This document shows positions 39,229-49,966 of a DNA stretch of 64,000 bases, in pieces. Numbering within the stretch: position 1 is the stretch's first letter; each line of letters starts with the position of its first letter. The stretch is from Chloroflexota bacterium (GTDB lineage: Bacteria > Chloroflexota > UBA11872 > VXOZ01): positions 1,792,001-1,856,000 of the forward strand of contig OZ244922.1 of the NCBI GenBank assembly GCA_965221905.1. The letters are read 5' to 3'. The notes beneath the pieces were generated by a model. It searched no databases, was not told where the DNA came from, and saw nothing but the letters and a program-made list of their open reading frames with translations. A program made the translations under genes and the position numbers.

Positions 39229-40902
39229 GTGTCGAAAGCTCAGACTTTAGTTGACGTTAAAGTACCGATGCGGGACGGCGTGGCCTTGTCGGCCGATATC
39301 TTCTTGCCTCCCCAGGCGGCGCCCGCTCCCACCGTTCTCGTGCGCACGCCGTATGGCAACAACACCGATTTATTGATAGAGAAGGGGCGTAAACTGGCGA
39401 GCCGGGGCTATGCCGCCGTCATTCAGGACGTGCGCGGCCGCTGGGACTCAGACGGCTCCTACTATCCGGTAAAGAATGAAGCCGATGACGGGTACGATAC
39501 GGTTGAGTGGGTTGCCGAGCAGCCGTGGAGCACCGGCAAGATCGGCATGGCGGGCGGGTCCTATCTGGGCATTACGCAGTGGACGGCCGCATGGCGGGGA
39601 ACCCCGCACTTGACCAGTATCGTGCCGCGCGTAGCTCCATGCGACTTCTTCGATTCGCCCGGCTATACCCAAGGCGCACTCCAAATCGGCGTGCTTGCCA
39701 CCTGGGGCTCGCGCACGCACGGCCGTACTGCCCAGAACATCGAGTATGAAGACTGGGGCCGCGTGTTTCGTACATTACCGGTGGATAAGATTCCCGACGC
39801 AATCGGGCGCGACCTGGACTTCTGGAAGGACTGGGTACGCCATCCCCACTACGATGAGTACTGGGAGCAATTCAGCAACAGCGGGAAGTGGCAGGATATG
39901 AACGCGCCGGCCTACAACATGGGCGGATGGTTCGATCTCTATTCCAAGGCCACGTTCGACAATTGGAATGAGCTGCGGCTGCATGGGGGCTCGCCGGAGG
40001 CGCGGCAGAGCCAACTTATCATGGGCCCCTGGCCGCATGCTCTTTCCCTGTCGCGGGTTACGGGCGAAGTGGACTTTGGCGCGGATTCGGTGGTTGATTT
40101 GGATGCCGAAGAGCTGCGCTGGTTCGATTACTGGCTGAAGGGAGAGCAGAACGGCATCCTGGATGAACCGCCCCTGCGACTCTTCATCATGGGACGCAAC
40201 GAGTGGCGGAGTGAACATGAGTGGCCCCTGGCGCGAACTGACTGGCAGCCGTGGTTCTTCCACTCCCGGGGCGCGGCGAATACGCTGAACGGCGACGGTG
40301 GGCTCTCTATCGAATCGCCGACGGATGAACCGACCGACAATTATGCATACGACCCAATGGCGCCGGTGCCGACGTTGGGCGGGAACAATTGCTGTTCGCC
40401 GCACATCGTACCGTGGGGGCCATACGATCAGCAGAATATCGAGATGCGCCAGGATGTCTTGTGCTATACGAGCGAACCGCTGCAGAGCGAACTTGAGGTA
40501 ACGGGCCCGATCAAGGTAGTACTTTACGCTGCGACCGACCAGCAGGACACCGACTGGACGGCGAAGTTAGTAGACGTGCATCCGGATGGGCGTGCCTTCA
40601 GCCTCTGCGACGGCATAGTGCGCGCGCGGTTCCGTGAAGGGCGAGAAACCTCGTCACTCATTCAGCCTGGAAGTATCTACGAATACGAGATCGATCTCTG
40701 GGTAATTGGCAACGTCTTTAAGGCCGGACATTGCATTCGTGTGGAAGTCTCGTCCAGCAACTTCCCGCGCTTCGACCGCAACCTCAATACCGGCGCGGAG
40801 AACAATGGCTTGGAGGACCAATGGCAGATTGCCCGGCAAGCAGTCCATCACAGCCGAGCCTATCCTTCCCACATAATGTTGCCCGTCATCCCCTCTGCAT
40901 GA
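39229..40902 (+). CDS. CocE/NonD family hydrolase (S15 peptidase-like)
   Basis: VPMRDGVAL, RTPY, QDVRGR, GGSYLG nucleophile elbow, GWFD, GPWPH, SSNFPRFDRN; GGGAGG RBS. Confidence 0.93.
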   Translation: MSKAQTLVDVKVPMRDGVALSADIFLPPQAAPAPTVLVRTPYGNNTDLLIEKGRKLASRGYAAVIQDVRGRWDSDGSYYPVKNEADDGYDTVEWVAEQPWSTGKIGMAGGSYLGITQWTAAWRGTPHLTSIVPRVAPCDFFDSPGYTQGALQIGVLATWGSRTHGRTAQNIEYEDWGRVFRTLPVDKIPDAIGRDLDFWKDWVRHPHYDEYWEQFSNSGKWQDMNAPAYNMGGWFDLYSKATFDNWNELRLHGGSPEARQSQLIMGPWPHALSLSRVTGEVDFGADSVVDLDAEELRWFDYWLKGEQNGILDEPPLRLFIMGRNEWRSEHEWPLARTDWQPWFFHSRGAANTLNGDGGLSIESPTDEPTDNYAYDPMAPVPTLGGNNCCSPHIVPWGPYDQQNIEMRQDVLCYTSEPLQSELEVTGPIKVVLYAATDQQDTDWTAKLVDVHPDGRAFSLCDGIVRARFREGRETSSLIQPGSIYEYEIDLWVIGNVFKAGHCIRVEVSSSNFPRFDRNLNTGAENNGLEDQWQIARQAVHHSRAYPSHIMLPVIPSA

Positions 40903-41142
40903 GGCGAACAAACCGGCCCTAGGTTCGTTCAAGCATTCTGATCCAAGGCGCGCCGTAGTGTTACGGCGCGGCTACGTAACGCATCTCGTCCTTACGCTGA
41001 TCCCGTCGGCGAAGGTTGGGCATGCCAAGGGACACAGACAGAGCGGAAGGTTCCATGCTCGGGATTTAGAGGGTCTTGGGGAGTTTGCAGATTCACGGTT
41101 CCCACTGCAGGTAGGGATCAAAGACTGAAGACCCGCGCAAAT

Positions 41143-41177
41143 AAAAAGGGGCGGAGTGATGAACTCCGCCCCTTTTT
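41143..41177. terminator. bidirectional intrinsic terminator downstream of ftsZ
   Basis: AAAAAGGGGCGGAGT-gatga-ACTCCGCCCCTTTTT. Confidence 0.88.
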
Positions 41178-41206
41178 CTCTTTAACTTTGCAATGAGTTA
41201 GGCTGT

Positions 41207-42403
41207 TTAGCGGTTCTGGCGGTTAATGCGTTTCCGCAAGAAAGTGGGTACTTCAAGGTCGTGCTCGGCATCGATCTCGTCCATCTCATCTTCGCTGATG
41301 GGAACCACAGGAGGCCGTTCTCCCGGCTCTGGGGCGCGAGGCTCCAAGGCGCTGCGCACATTGGACCGGCGCAGGTCTTGCTCGTCGAAACCGGTGGCAA
41401 TCACAGTAATCTGTATATCGGAACTCATAGCTTCATCGATTACTGAGCCAAAGATGATTTGCGCGTCCGGGTCGGCAGCATTGGATATTATCTCTGCTGC
41501 TTGCGAAACTTCGTGCAAACTCATGTCAGGTCCGCCCGTGAAGTTGAGCAAGATGCCCTTGGCGCCGTCGATAGACATCTCGAGCAACGGATTTGCCAAG
41601 GCATCGCGCATTGCGTCAGAAGCGCGGTTCTCGCCGCTCCCATAGCCGATTGCCATGTAGGCAGTGCCGGAATTCTGCATGATGGCTTTGACGTCGTTAA
41701 AATCCAGATTAATTAGTCCGGGCTGCGTAATAAGATCCGAAATACCTTGCACCGCTTGGCGCAGCACCTCATCCGCCAGTCGAAATGCTTCGGTAATCGG
41801 CGTATTCTTGGGCGCAATTTCCAGAATTCGGTCATTGGGAATAGTGATGAGCGTATCCACGTGCTCCCGGATTTTGCGGATACCTTCCTCACTGATGCGC
41901 TTACGCGGAACACCTTCCCACGTGAAGGGCCGAGTGACGACACCAACGGTCAAATCAGCAATGTTGCGTGAGATTTCGCCAATTACGGGCGCTGCGCCCG
42001 TTCCGGTTCCGCCCCCCATGCCGACAGCGATAAATACCATGTCCGCGCCGCGAAGCGCGTCCTGGAGCTCTTCGTAGGCTTCTTCCGCGGCTTTTTCCCC
42101 AACAGCCGGCTTACCACCTGCGCCAAGACCCTTGGTCAGCTTATCGCCAATCCGAATGCGAGACTCGGCCAGGGAACTCATTAGCGTTTGAGCATCGGTG
42201 TTCACAGCGATAAACTCAACGCCGCTTACGCCGCTTTCAATCATGCGGTCGACTGCATTGCCGCCCGCGCCGCCCGCACCAACCACCTTGATTTGTGCCC
42301 AAGATTCTTGGCGCTGCCGGGGGTCTAAACTCTCTGCATCGTCACCCGGGCTCGACGGAAGTCGAGAAATGCGGTTTTCTGCACCGTTTGCCATGGACAC
42401 CAC
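41207..42403 (-). CDS. ftsZ: cell division protein FtsZ
   Basis: IKVVGAGGAGGNAV, GGGTGTG, NLDFND, C-terminal LEVPTFLRK; start within 42394-42403. Confidence 0.98.
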   Translation of the reverse strand: MVSMANGAENRISRLPSSPGDDAESLDPRQRQESWAQIKVVGAGGAGGNAVDRMIESGVSGVEFIAVNTDAQTLMSSLAESRIRIGDKLTKGLGAGGKPAVGEKAAEEAYEELQDALRGADMVFIAVGMGGGTGTGAAPVIGEISRNIADLTVGVVTRPFTWEGVPRKRISEEGIRKIREHVDTLITIPNDRILEIAPKNTPITEAFRLADEVLRQAVQGISDLITQPGLINLDFNDVKAIMQNSGTAYMAIGYGSGENRASDAMRDALANPLLEMSIDGAKGILLNFTGGPDMSLHEVSQAAEIISNAADPDAQIIFGSVIDEAMSSDIQITVIATGFDEQDLRRSNVRSALEPRAPEPGERPPVVPISEDEMDEIDAEHDLEVPTFLRKRINRQNR

Positions 42404-42414
42404 CCTACACTACG

Positions 42415-43656
42415 TTAACTCATCGGATTAAACGATCGCATAAGAGAACCAAGTCTCTCTGCTACCGTGCCAAGGGCAGCCCCCATGGGCCGCCGCCCGC
42501 GTGACCGCTGAAGCTGAGCGGCGTGCAAGGCCATGCCGACCGCAGTAGCAAAATCCGGCCGGCAGATTTCCTCGCTCATGCCCCGCATCACCGGAACCAT
42601 TCCTTGCCGCACAGGAAGACCGAGAACCGCTGATGCCAATTCTTCCAACCCTTGCAACTCAGATCCGCCACCGGTAAAGACCACACCCGCAGGCAACACA
42701 TCGAAGTACCCCGTTCGCCGTATTTCATCCTTGATAAGCTCCAGGATCTCCTCCATACGAGCCGCAACGATCATCGCGAGGTCCCGCTGCTGGAGTACGG
42801 TCCACCCACCGGGATAGAAACCGGGTGCATCAATCTCCGTTTCATCGTCGAGCGCGCCTTCACCTACCGTAGCGTACTGCAACTTTAGCTCTTCCGCAAC
42901 TTCCTGGGGCAATCGCAAGCCATAGGAAATGTCCTTGGTAATGTTGATGCCGCCAAGCGGAATACTAGCAGTATGCCATGGAACGCCATCGGAATACATT
43001 ACCATCTCGGTCGTGCCGCCGCCGATATCCACAAGAACAACGCCAAGCTGCTTTTCTTGGTCGGAAAGTACCGCCTCGGCTGCGGCAAAGGCCTGGGCGG
43101 CGACTTCTCCCTCCACAGCAAGTTCCGCAGCATTTACGCAAGCCTTGAGATTGCGAATTGGTCCCACACTGCCGGTGACCATGTGAACCTCTGCGCCCAG
43201 CGCGTGTCCGTACATGCCGGAGGGATCTCGAATACCTTCAGTGCCATCCAAGATAAACCCAACTGGAAAGGCCATGAGTATCTCGCGGTCATCCGGCATG
43301 GATGCCCTGTGTGCCAATTCCAAAATGTGGTCAATCTCGTTTGGGGAAATTGATCCTTTGGCTTGCTTAACTACAGTTTCTACCCGCACGATCTGCGAGC
43401 TGATATTGCACCCACTTACGCTCAAGTACACCGAGAGAGGTGTCTGGCCGAGGGACTGCCGCAGATTCTGAAGGCAAGCACGGATAGAACCTGTGGTCGC
43501 CTCCATGTCTATAACTGCGCCGCGCTTGACACCATGAGTCGAAGCGACACCCACGCCTAGAACACTTAGAATGCTGCCTGCCGCAGATTCGCATGCGAGC
43601 GCACGCGTCTTGGTGGTACCCACGTCAAGGCTGACGATGAGGTTTTTCTTGGTCAC
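42415..43656 (-). CDS. ftsA: cell division protein FtsA
   Basis: LDVGTTK, VDIGGGTT, AEELK, FTGGGS, C-terminal amphipathic helix. Confidence 0.96.
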   Translation of the reverse strand: MTKKNLIVSLDVGTTKTRALACESAAGSILSVLGVGVASTHGVKRGAVIDMEATTGSIRACLQNLRQSLGQTPLSVYLSVSGCNISSQIVRVETVVKQAKGSISPNEIDHILELAHRASMPDDREILMAFPVGFILDGTEGIRDPSGMYGHALGAEVHMVTGSVGPIRNLKACVNAAELAVEGEVAAQAFAAAEAVLSDQEKQLGVVLVDIGGGTTEMVMYSDGVPWHTASIPLGGINITKDISYGLRLPQEVAEELKLQYATVGEGALDDETEIDAPGFYPGGWTVLQQRDLAMIVAARMEEILELIKDEIRRTGYFDVLPAGVVFTGGGSELQGLEELASAVLGLPVRQGMVPVMRGMSEEICRPDFATAVGMALHAAQLQRSRGRRPMGAALGTVAERLGSLMRSFNPMS

Positions 43657-43694
43657 TTTCCCATACCTACCTTAGCGGGAAAAGAGTATTTACA

Positions 43695-43723
43695 ATTATA
43701 GCTGATAATTGCCCTTCCAGCAA
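43695..43723 (-). promoter_or_regulatory. candidate internal ftsAZ promoter
   Basis: TTGCTG-N17-TATAAT in the ftsQ-ftsA gap. Confidence 0.5.
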
Positions 43724-43769
43724 GCCCCAATTCGGGCGGCTGTCAAGTATCATTATCTGATCGAAACGG

Positions 43770-44600
43770 CTACGTGCGAAATGTCGGACTCCTGTTGGGT
43801 TGTAGATCTATGATATCCAGCAAGAGCTGCTGCTCTCGCGCAACCTTGAGGACAGTCAGCAACTCTTGGGTCTTTTCGACTATACGGTCTGCGCTGCCGT
43901 ACTTGGCTACCCATCCATCCACCGCCTTGACAGATAGACCCTCCTGCGCTGAATAGCGAAACGCATTGATGCCAATGCCTGAATGCGTCAATAGCTCCTG
44001 CAAAAGGAATGCCATCTGCACGGCACTGGCATCGACGCGGTCTCCGCTTCGAATTGGGACTCCTGTTTCGTCGATAATGGTGACCGGAAGATCCGGTGCG
44101 TCGTCGCTGCCCAGGATTTCACCTTCTCGCGAAATCAAGAAGACGTGGCCGTTGGCAATCCAACGGGCTTCCGGTTGTCGTTCTGCCATTTCGACGATGG
44201 CCTGGCCGGGCAACACGAGAAAGAGCCGCGCATCTGCCACCGCCGGCAATCGCGCTATTTCCCTCGTCACTTGATTGGGATCGAGCAAGAAGATCGGTTG
44301 CCCTACGAGCCCTGTGAACGACTGGATCTTAACGAGGGAATCATCTCCGGCAAGTGTGGGCGGAGTGATGCGACGTATGGAAACTATGGAAACGTGGAAC
44401 TCGGGCGAAGTCAGGACTCCCCAAAGCGCAAATGAAATAGATGAGACAACGAGCAGCGAGATCCAGCGGTGGCCGAAGGATCGCACCCCCCGTCGCAAGG
44501 CGCGAAACATCCGACCAATCTTGCCGACATTGCCGGGCGTGTTCTGTTTGCTCACTCTTGCTGCCACAGCTCTATTGTCCCCATTCGCCGAAAAACTCAA
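43770..44600 (-). CDS. ftsQ: FtsQ/DivIB-type POTRA protein
   Basis: Single TM, POTRA-like LPAVADA...LPG...ERQP, terminal IDL; dcw position; start uncertain. Confidence 0.82.
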   Translation of the reverse strand: MSFSANGDNRAVAARVSKQNTPGNVGKIGRMFRALRRGVRSFGHRWISLLVVSSISFALWGVLTSPEFHVSIVSIRRITPPTLAGDDSLVKIQSFTGLVGQPIFLLDPNQVTREIARLPAVADARLFLVLPGQAIVEMAERQPEARWIANGHVFLISREGEILGSDDAPDLPVTIIDETGVPIRSGDRVDASAVQMAFLLQELLTHSGIGINAFRYSAQEGLSVKAVDGWVAKYGSADRIVEKTQELLTVLKVAREQQLLLDIIDLQPNRSPTFRT

Positions 44601-45546
44601 CTTCTCGTTGCAATTCTATGTGCAAGCGAGACCGCACCGCCTCTTCAGTTTCTCGAATTAACGCGTAAACGTCGTCCGCGGTCGCAGTGCCGTTGTTGAT
44701 GATGAAGTTTGCGTGCAAACGTGAAATGTGTGCTCCCCCGATTTCTCGGCCACGCATTCCAGCTTGGTCGATTAGCTGCCACGCGCTCAGTGCGGCAGGA
44801 TTTCGGAATACCGATCCAGAACTCGGTGCAGTGGGCTGGGTCCGCTGGCGCGTTTGCAGGCGTTCCTTGATAGCAGAGAGAATTCGAGTTGCGTCTCCCG
44901 GCGTTAGCCGCATCTCTGCTCCAAGCACGACGGCATGTCCGGGGCACTCCTTAATCACGCTCGTGCGATAGCCGTACCGCATTTCATCCGGGTACATCCA
45001 ACGCTCGCCATGACGATCCAACACCCTGATGCGAGCAACCGAGTCCGCCGCCGTCCACCCATAAACGCCGGCATTGTTAACTACCGCGCCACCCACGGTG
45101 CCTGGGATTGTCGCGGCGCCTTCGAGCCCGGAGAGCCCTAAGGCGGCAGTCCAACGCGCAGTACTGATAAGGGAGCACCCTGCATCTGCCCAGATTGAGA
45201 CACCGTCTGCGCAAAGACTGCGGTCGCCTCCGTGGTTGCGAATTACCAACCCGCGAAGACCTGCTTGGGCAGCAATGAGATTGGTCCCGTCTCCAATGAC
45301 GCGAAAGGGGAGTGCCTGCCCGTAGGCTTCTGCTGCCACCGCGCGCAACGCCTCGCGAGACCGCACGCGAATCAACAGGTCTGCCGGCCCCCCCACGCGC
45401 ACTGACGTGTGCTTTGCCATCGGCTCGCTCCATGCAGGCTTAAGGCTGAGAGGTGGTTGTGCCGCGACGGCAGCAACGCGAGCCAACTTGCTCGCAGGCG
45501 CATGCTCCGGGGGTGGACGTTCGTCATGCACGGTGTTCACGCTCAC
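44572..45546 (-). CDS. murB: UDP-N-acetylmuramate dehydrogenase
   Basis: HTSVRVGGPAD, GDGTN, IPGTVGGAVVNNAG, GSVFRNP, HANFIIN; GTG overlaps the murC stop (GTGA). Confidence 0.95.
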   Translation of the reverse strand: MSVNTVHDERPPPEHAPASKLARVAAVAAQPPLSLKPAWSEPMAKHTSVRVGGPADLLIRVRSREALRAVAAEAYGQALPFRVIGDGTNLIAAQAGLRGLVIRNHGGDRSLCADGVSIWADAGCSLISTARWTAALGLSGLEGAATIPGTVGGAVVNNAGVYGWTAADSVARIRVLDRHGERWMYPDEMRYGYRTSVIKECPGHAVVLGAEMRLTPGDATRILSAIKERLQTRQRTQPTAPSSGSVFRNPAALSAWQLIDQAGMRGREIGGAHISRLHANFIINNGTATADDVYALIRETEEAVRSRLHIELQREVEFFGEWGQ

Positions 45547-46964
45547 GATGGGTTTTCCATTGAAGTACGAGAATGCAGGTATTCGAGCAACGGATCGCAC
45601 AACTCAGTAATGTCTCCGGCGCCCATTACGATTACGAGGTCCTCCGGTTCAGCCAACTGCGTTACCTGCGCCAGCGCGTCGCTGAGCGTGGCAGCATATC
45701 GGGGGTCGCTCGGTCTTTCAATAGCATTTGCAAGGTCGGCGCTCGATAGGGTCAATGGGTCTTCGCGACCGGTCGGCTGATAGATCTCCACGAGAATGAG
45801 CTTATCGGCGCCGCGGAACGCCTCTCTAAAGTCTGCAAAGAGGTCGGCAGTGCGACTGCGCAGATGCGGCTGAAAGACGCAAATGATCCGACCCTCATGC
45901 CAATCTCGCGCAGCACGCAGCGACGCTCGGACTTCAGTCGGATGGTGGGCATAGTCATCTACTACAGTAACATTGCCCACTCTTCCGCGTAATTCGAAGC
46001 GGCGCCGCACGCCGCGAAAGTAGCTGAGGGCCAATGCAACAGAGCCGGCGGGCACGCCAAGAGCATCGAGCGCAGTTATGCAGGCCAAAGCATTGAGCAC
46101 GTTGTGGATACCGGGAACTTTCAATGAAAGCTGGTGGCGTTCGCCTGAAGCACTCTCTATCGTTGCCATGAATCCGTTGCCCTTGCGCGGGGCGAGCTCT
46201 GTGCAAACCCAATCGGCATTGCCGCGCAGAGACCAGGTTCGCAGCCTGCGCTCCGCCGGGACGGCAATCCGGCGGCACGCTGCACTATCGGCGTGTGTTG
46301 CCAGTGTGCCGTCTTCGGGTAACTTGCCCACAAATGCTTGGAATGCACTTTCCAAACTCTCCAATGAACCGTATGTATCCAGATGATCGGCTTCAACGGC
46401 AGTAACCACTGCAACCGTGGGAAAGAGCTCAAGGAAGGCGCGGTCGAACTCATCGGCCTCGATCACCATTGTCTTACCTGTTCCCCAATGTGAGCTATGG
46501 GGAAAGTTCTGCGGTTCGCCGCCAATCATGAACGATGGGTCATGCTTGGTGACGCGCAAAGCGTGAGTGATCATGGTGCTAGTAGTGGTCTTGCCATGGG
46601 TGCCTGCGACGGCCACCGTGGTCTTCCCGAGTGTAAATGCTCCTTGCAGCACCGCGCGCTTGACTGCAGGTATGCCTTGCCGCTGCGCGGCGATTAGCTC
46701 GGAGTTGTCAGGGGAGATTGCGGAGCTGTATACGGCTAGATCCGACCCGAGTACGCTGTCTGCCTCATGTCCCACCGCCACGTTTACTCCCTGGCTCCGT
46801 AGGGCGTCGAGGCTGGCTGATTCTGCCACGTCCGAGCCACTGACCTGATGCCCTTGAATCGTTAGAATGCGCGCCAGTCCTGACATCGCGGCGCCGCCTA
46901 CCCCAACGAGGTGGACCCGACGCGTATTCGCATCCAAGAATTGCTTTAGTTCGTACGCGTTCAT
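45543..46964 (-). CDS. murC: UDP-N-acetylmuramate--L-alanine ligase
   Basis: GVGGAAMSGLA, GTHGKTTT, EADEFD, DDYAHHPTE, FQPH, MGAGDI. Confidence 0.97.
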   Translation of the reverse strand: MNAYELKQFLDANTRRVHLVGVGGAAMSGLARILTIQGHQVSGSDVAESASLDALRSQGVNVAVGHEADSVLGSDLAVYSSAISPDNSELIAAQRQGIPAVKRAVLQGAFTLGKTTVAVAGTHGKTTTSTMITHALRVTKHDPSFMIGGEPQNFPHSSHWGTGKTMVIEADEFDRAFLELFPTVAVVTAVEADHLDTYGSLESLESAFQAFVGKLPEDGTLATHADSAACRRIAVPAERRLRTWSLRGNADWVCTELAPRKGNGFMATIESASGERHQLSLKVPGIHNVLNALACITALDALGVPAGSVALALSYFRGVRRRFELRGRVGNVTVVDDYAHHPTEVRASLRAARDWHEGRIICVFQPHLRSRTADLFADFREAFRGADKLILVEIYQPTGREDPLTLSSADLANAIERPSDPRYAATLSDALAQVTQLAEPEDLVIVMGAGDITELCDPLLEYLHSRTSMENPS

Positions 46965-46973
46965 GCCATACTT

Positions 46974-48203
46974 CTAGGTTCTGGGACTGCCATCAGGCCT
47001 GACACTCCAGCGATGACGGCTCTTCTCTCTTGAGGCGCTTGCAGTTTGGGTCGAAATATTCAGGAGCAACCCCATTGCAATTGAGCAGGCAAGCAGCGAC
47101 GATCCGCCTGCGCTGACAAAGGGAAGTGGAATACCGGTGAATGGCAGCAATCCGGTAACTACCGCCATGTTTAGTAGGGCTTGCCCAAAGAGCCCGCACG
47201 TGACCCCCAGGGCGAGCAACTGGCCGAACATGTCGGGAGCATTCACGGCGACGCTGAAGCCGCGCCACGCCAGCAGTACATAGAGAATCAGAATTGCGAG
47301 AGTGCCGATGAGACCCAACTCTTCGCCTATTACGGCATAGATTGTGTCGGTGTGTGGTTCCGGCATGTAAAAGAACTTTTGCATCCCCCGACCGAGGCCG
47401 ACACCTGTGATCTTGCCTGAACCAAAGGCCAAGAAGGCCTGGTTTATGTGGTGTGAGACGTTGTCTTGATACTGTGGATTGTAGGGATCTACAAAAGCTC
47501 TGAGCCGCTGTAATCGATACGGTTCCAGCACGATGGCATACCAGGCGGCAAGCGATCCCGCGGCAATCAAGCCGAGTAGAAAGAGGATCGGGATGCGTGC
47601 CACTACAAGAATTGTTAGGCCAATGAGCAGAATCATGATTGCCGTACCGAGGTCCGGTTGCTGAGCGACAATTGCCGCAACAAGCCCAATAATCAGGGTG
47701 GGCATCAAGAAGCTAACCAGTTTGTTCACCCCTTCCTCGCGTTTGGCGAGGACTTGGGCAAGGTAGAGGATAATGATGGGCTTGGCTAATTCACTGGGCT
47801 GCAGGCTCACCGATCCCCATCGTATCCAACGTGCAGAACCTCGCGCTACGTACCCAATGTCGGTCACTGCCATCAACAATAGTATCGCTACTATAGCTGC
47901 CAAGAGCCAGAAGGTAAGGTTGATGCCGAGGAACTGTATTCGGCTAAACCAGTGGTAGTCGATCCGCATCATGGTAAATGCCGCCGCCAATCCTACGATT
48001 AGAAACAATAACTGGCGACGGAAGTAGTAATGGGGGTCGCCTGTCTCTGCGTAGGAAACGGCGATACTGGCACTGTAGATTGCAATGAGGCCGATCAAGG
48101 GCAATGCCAGCATGAGGACGGTCAGCGGCACATCCGGCCAACGTGCGCGCTGCGCGTCGTCAGACCAGTTCGCAGGAACAATTCGCGGCAGGATGCGCAG
48201 CAT
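46974..48203 (-). CDS. ftsW: SEDS family peptidoglycan glycosyltransferase FtsW
   Basis: RWI, QPSELAK, QPDLGT, PEPHTD, GEELG, TGIPLPFVSAGGSS. Confidence 0.95.
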   Translation of the reverse strand: MLRILPRIVPANWSDDAQRARWPDVPLTVLMLALPLIGLIAIYSASIAVSYAETGDPHYYFRRQLLFLIVGLAAAFTMMRIDYHWFSRIQFLGINLTFWLLAAIVAILLLMAVTDIGYVARGSARWIRWGSVSLQPSELAKPIIILYLAQVLAKREEGVNKLVSFLMPTLIIGLVAAIVAQQPDLGTAIMILLIGLTILVVARIPILFLLGLIAAGSLAAWYAIVLEPYRLQRLRAFVDPYNPQYQDNVSHHINQAFLAFGSGKITGVGLGRGMQKFFYMPEPHTDTIYAVIGEELGLIGTLAILILYVLLAWRGFSVAVNAPDMFGQLLALGVTCGLFGQALLNMAVVTGLLPFTGIPLPFVSAGGSSLLACSIAMGLLLNISTQTASASREKSRHRWSVRPDGSPRT

Positions 48204-48208
48204 TGGCT

Positions 48209-49966
48209 TTAGCCTAATCCGTCCTTAGCAACGGTTGGTTGGGATGCTGAACGTGGAATGTGATAGTAACGGAACAATTCGGAAGCGATTGAACGAAATA
48301 CCGGCGCGGCGACCAGAGAGCCCCAGGGCTCCACGGTCGGTTGGTCGATCTTGACCAGAATTACAAATCTGGGATCTTCCACGGGGCCAAACCCAACATA
48401 TGAAGCGATAGTCAATTCTTCGTGGTATCCGCCAGTCTCTAACGGGATAGAAGCGGTGCCAGTCTTGCCGGCAACCTCGTATCCTGCAACGATGTGCATC
48501 TTGCTTTCAGAACGCTTGCTAGCATTCACGAGCATTGCAACAAGGGTGCGTGCGGCATCTTCGCGAACGACGCGGCGTACTGCAATGGGTTGTACGCGTT
48601 CGACACCGTCTTCCGTATGAATCTCTTGTACTACATACGGCCGCATGAGCACGCCGTCATTGACGATGGCGGCCACCGCCGTTATGAGTTGGAGTGGCGT
48701 CACCGCGATCCCTTGACCGTATGCGTTTGTAGCGAGACTTGACGGATACCAATACGGCGAACTCGGCGTGAGAACGTGACCGCCTACCTCACCCCACAGG
48801 TCAACACCCGTTGGCTCGCCAAAGCCGAATGCGGCTACATATTCATAGAATAGGTCTTTGCCCATCCAATCGCCCACGTGCACGGCGCCAACGTTGCTGG
48901 AGTGGGCTATGAGGTCGGTCATGTCGCTCTCGCCATGGCCCTTCTCATCCCAGTTCTTTATCTCCGCGCCGCCGTACTCGATGCTGCCGGAATCGTAGAA
49001 CTTTCTTTCCGGTGTGATTACGCCTGCGTCCAATGCACCGGCCAGTGTAATCAACTTGAAGGTAGAGCCAGGTTCAAACTGCATGCTAATCGCAGGATTG
49101 GCATAGGCATCTTGGCTTGGGCTGTGGAACTCTTGGTAGTGGTTAGAGTCGTACGTGGGGCGGCTTGCCATGGCGATGATGGCGCCGGTCTTTGGGTCCA
49201 TAACAATGATGGAGCCGCTTGACGCGCCGTAGCGTTCTAGCGCGGATTCGAGTTCGCGCTCTACGATGTGCTGCACGCCGCCATCCAATGTAAGAACCAG
49301 GTCTGCGCCCGGTTCCGCGCGTTCCAGCACCCAGGTTGCCTCTCCCGCTTCACCACCGAAAGGCGCGCGGGAGCTCAACCGCCGCCCAGGCGACCCTCGC
49401 AGCAGGTCCTCATAATGCCCTTCTATTCCGTATTGGCCGCTGCCGCTCCGGCTGTAGAACCCCACGACGTGGGCGGCAAGCATGCCAAACGGGTAGGTGC
49501 GGTAGGGCATGAAGCTTAGCGTGATGCCGGGAGCCTTGCCGGTCTGTCTCAGTCGATTGATGCTTTCGCTGATGTTCGGCGATACGCCCTTTGCGAGCAG
49601 CGTATATGTCTTGTCGGGTTGGTTCAAGAGTGCAGCAATCTGTTCTGGAGGCACGCCAAGAACCTGCCCTAGCTCGCTAGCAACGGCTTGCGCAGACCTG
49701 CCGCTTCCCCGTATCTGATTTGGTGCCGCTTCAACGTCGGCAAGGTACTCTGCCGTTGCAAGCAGAGTGAGGTTCACATCCAGGATGCTGCCCCGCTGAG
49801 GCACGATTTGCGTGTCATTCTGGTGCTGTTTCTGTGCCTGTGCCGCGAGCTTATCGCTTTCGATAACCTGCAATGAGATAAGTGCTCCGGCTACCGCCAG
49901 AGCGCCAAGCAGCGACAAGAACTGTATGATGCGAATGCGCACAGAACTCAAGGATTCAAGAGGCAT
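48209..49966 (-). CDS. ftsI: class B penicillin-binding protein (FtsI/PBP2B-like)
   Basis: RGSILD, EPGSTFK (SxxK), SSN, KTGT; GGAGG RBS before ATG 49966. Confidence 0.92.
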   Translation of the reverse strand: MPLESLSSVRIRIIQFLSLLGALAVAGALISLQVIESDKLAAQAQKQHQNDTQIVPQRGSILDVNLTLLATAEYLADVEAAPNQIRGSGRSAQAVASELGQVLGVPPEQIAALLNQPDKTYTLLAKGVSPNISESINRLRQTGKAPGITLSFMPYRTYPFGMLAAHVVGFYSRSGSGQYGIEGHYEDLLRGSPGRRLSSRAPFGGEAGEATWVLERAEPGADLVLTLDGGVQHIVERELESALERYGASSGSIIVMDPKTGAIIAMASRPTYDSNHYQEFHSPSQDAYANPAISMQFEPGSTFKLITLAGALDAGVITPERKFYDSGSIEYGGAEIKNWDEKGHGESDMTDLIAHSSNVGAVHVGDWMGKDLFYEYVAAFGFGEPTGVDLWGEVGGHVLTPSSPYWYPSSLATNAYGQGIAVTPLQLITAVAAIVNDGVLMRPYVVQEIHTEDGVERVQPIAVRRVVREDAARTLVAMLVNASKRSESKMHIVAGYEVAGKTGTASIPLETGGYHEELTIASYVGFGPVEDPRFVILVKIDQPTVEPWGSLVAAPVFRSIASELFRYYHIPRSASQPTVAKDGLG

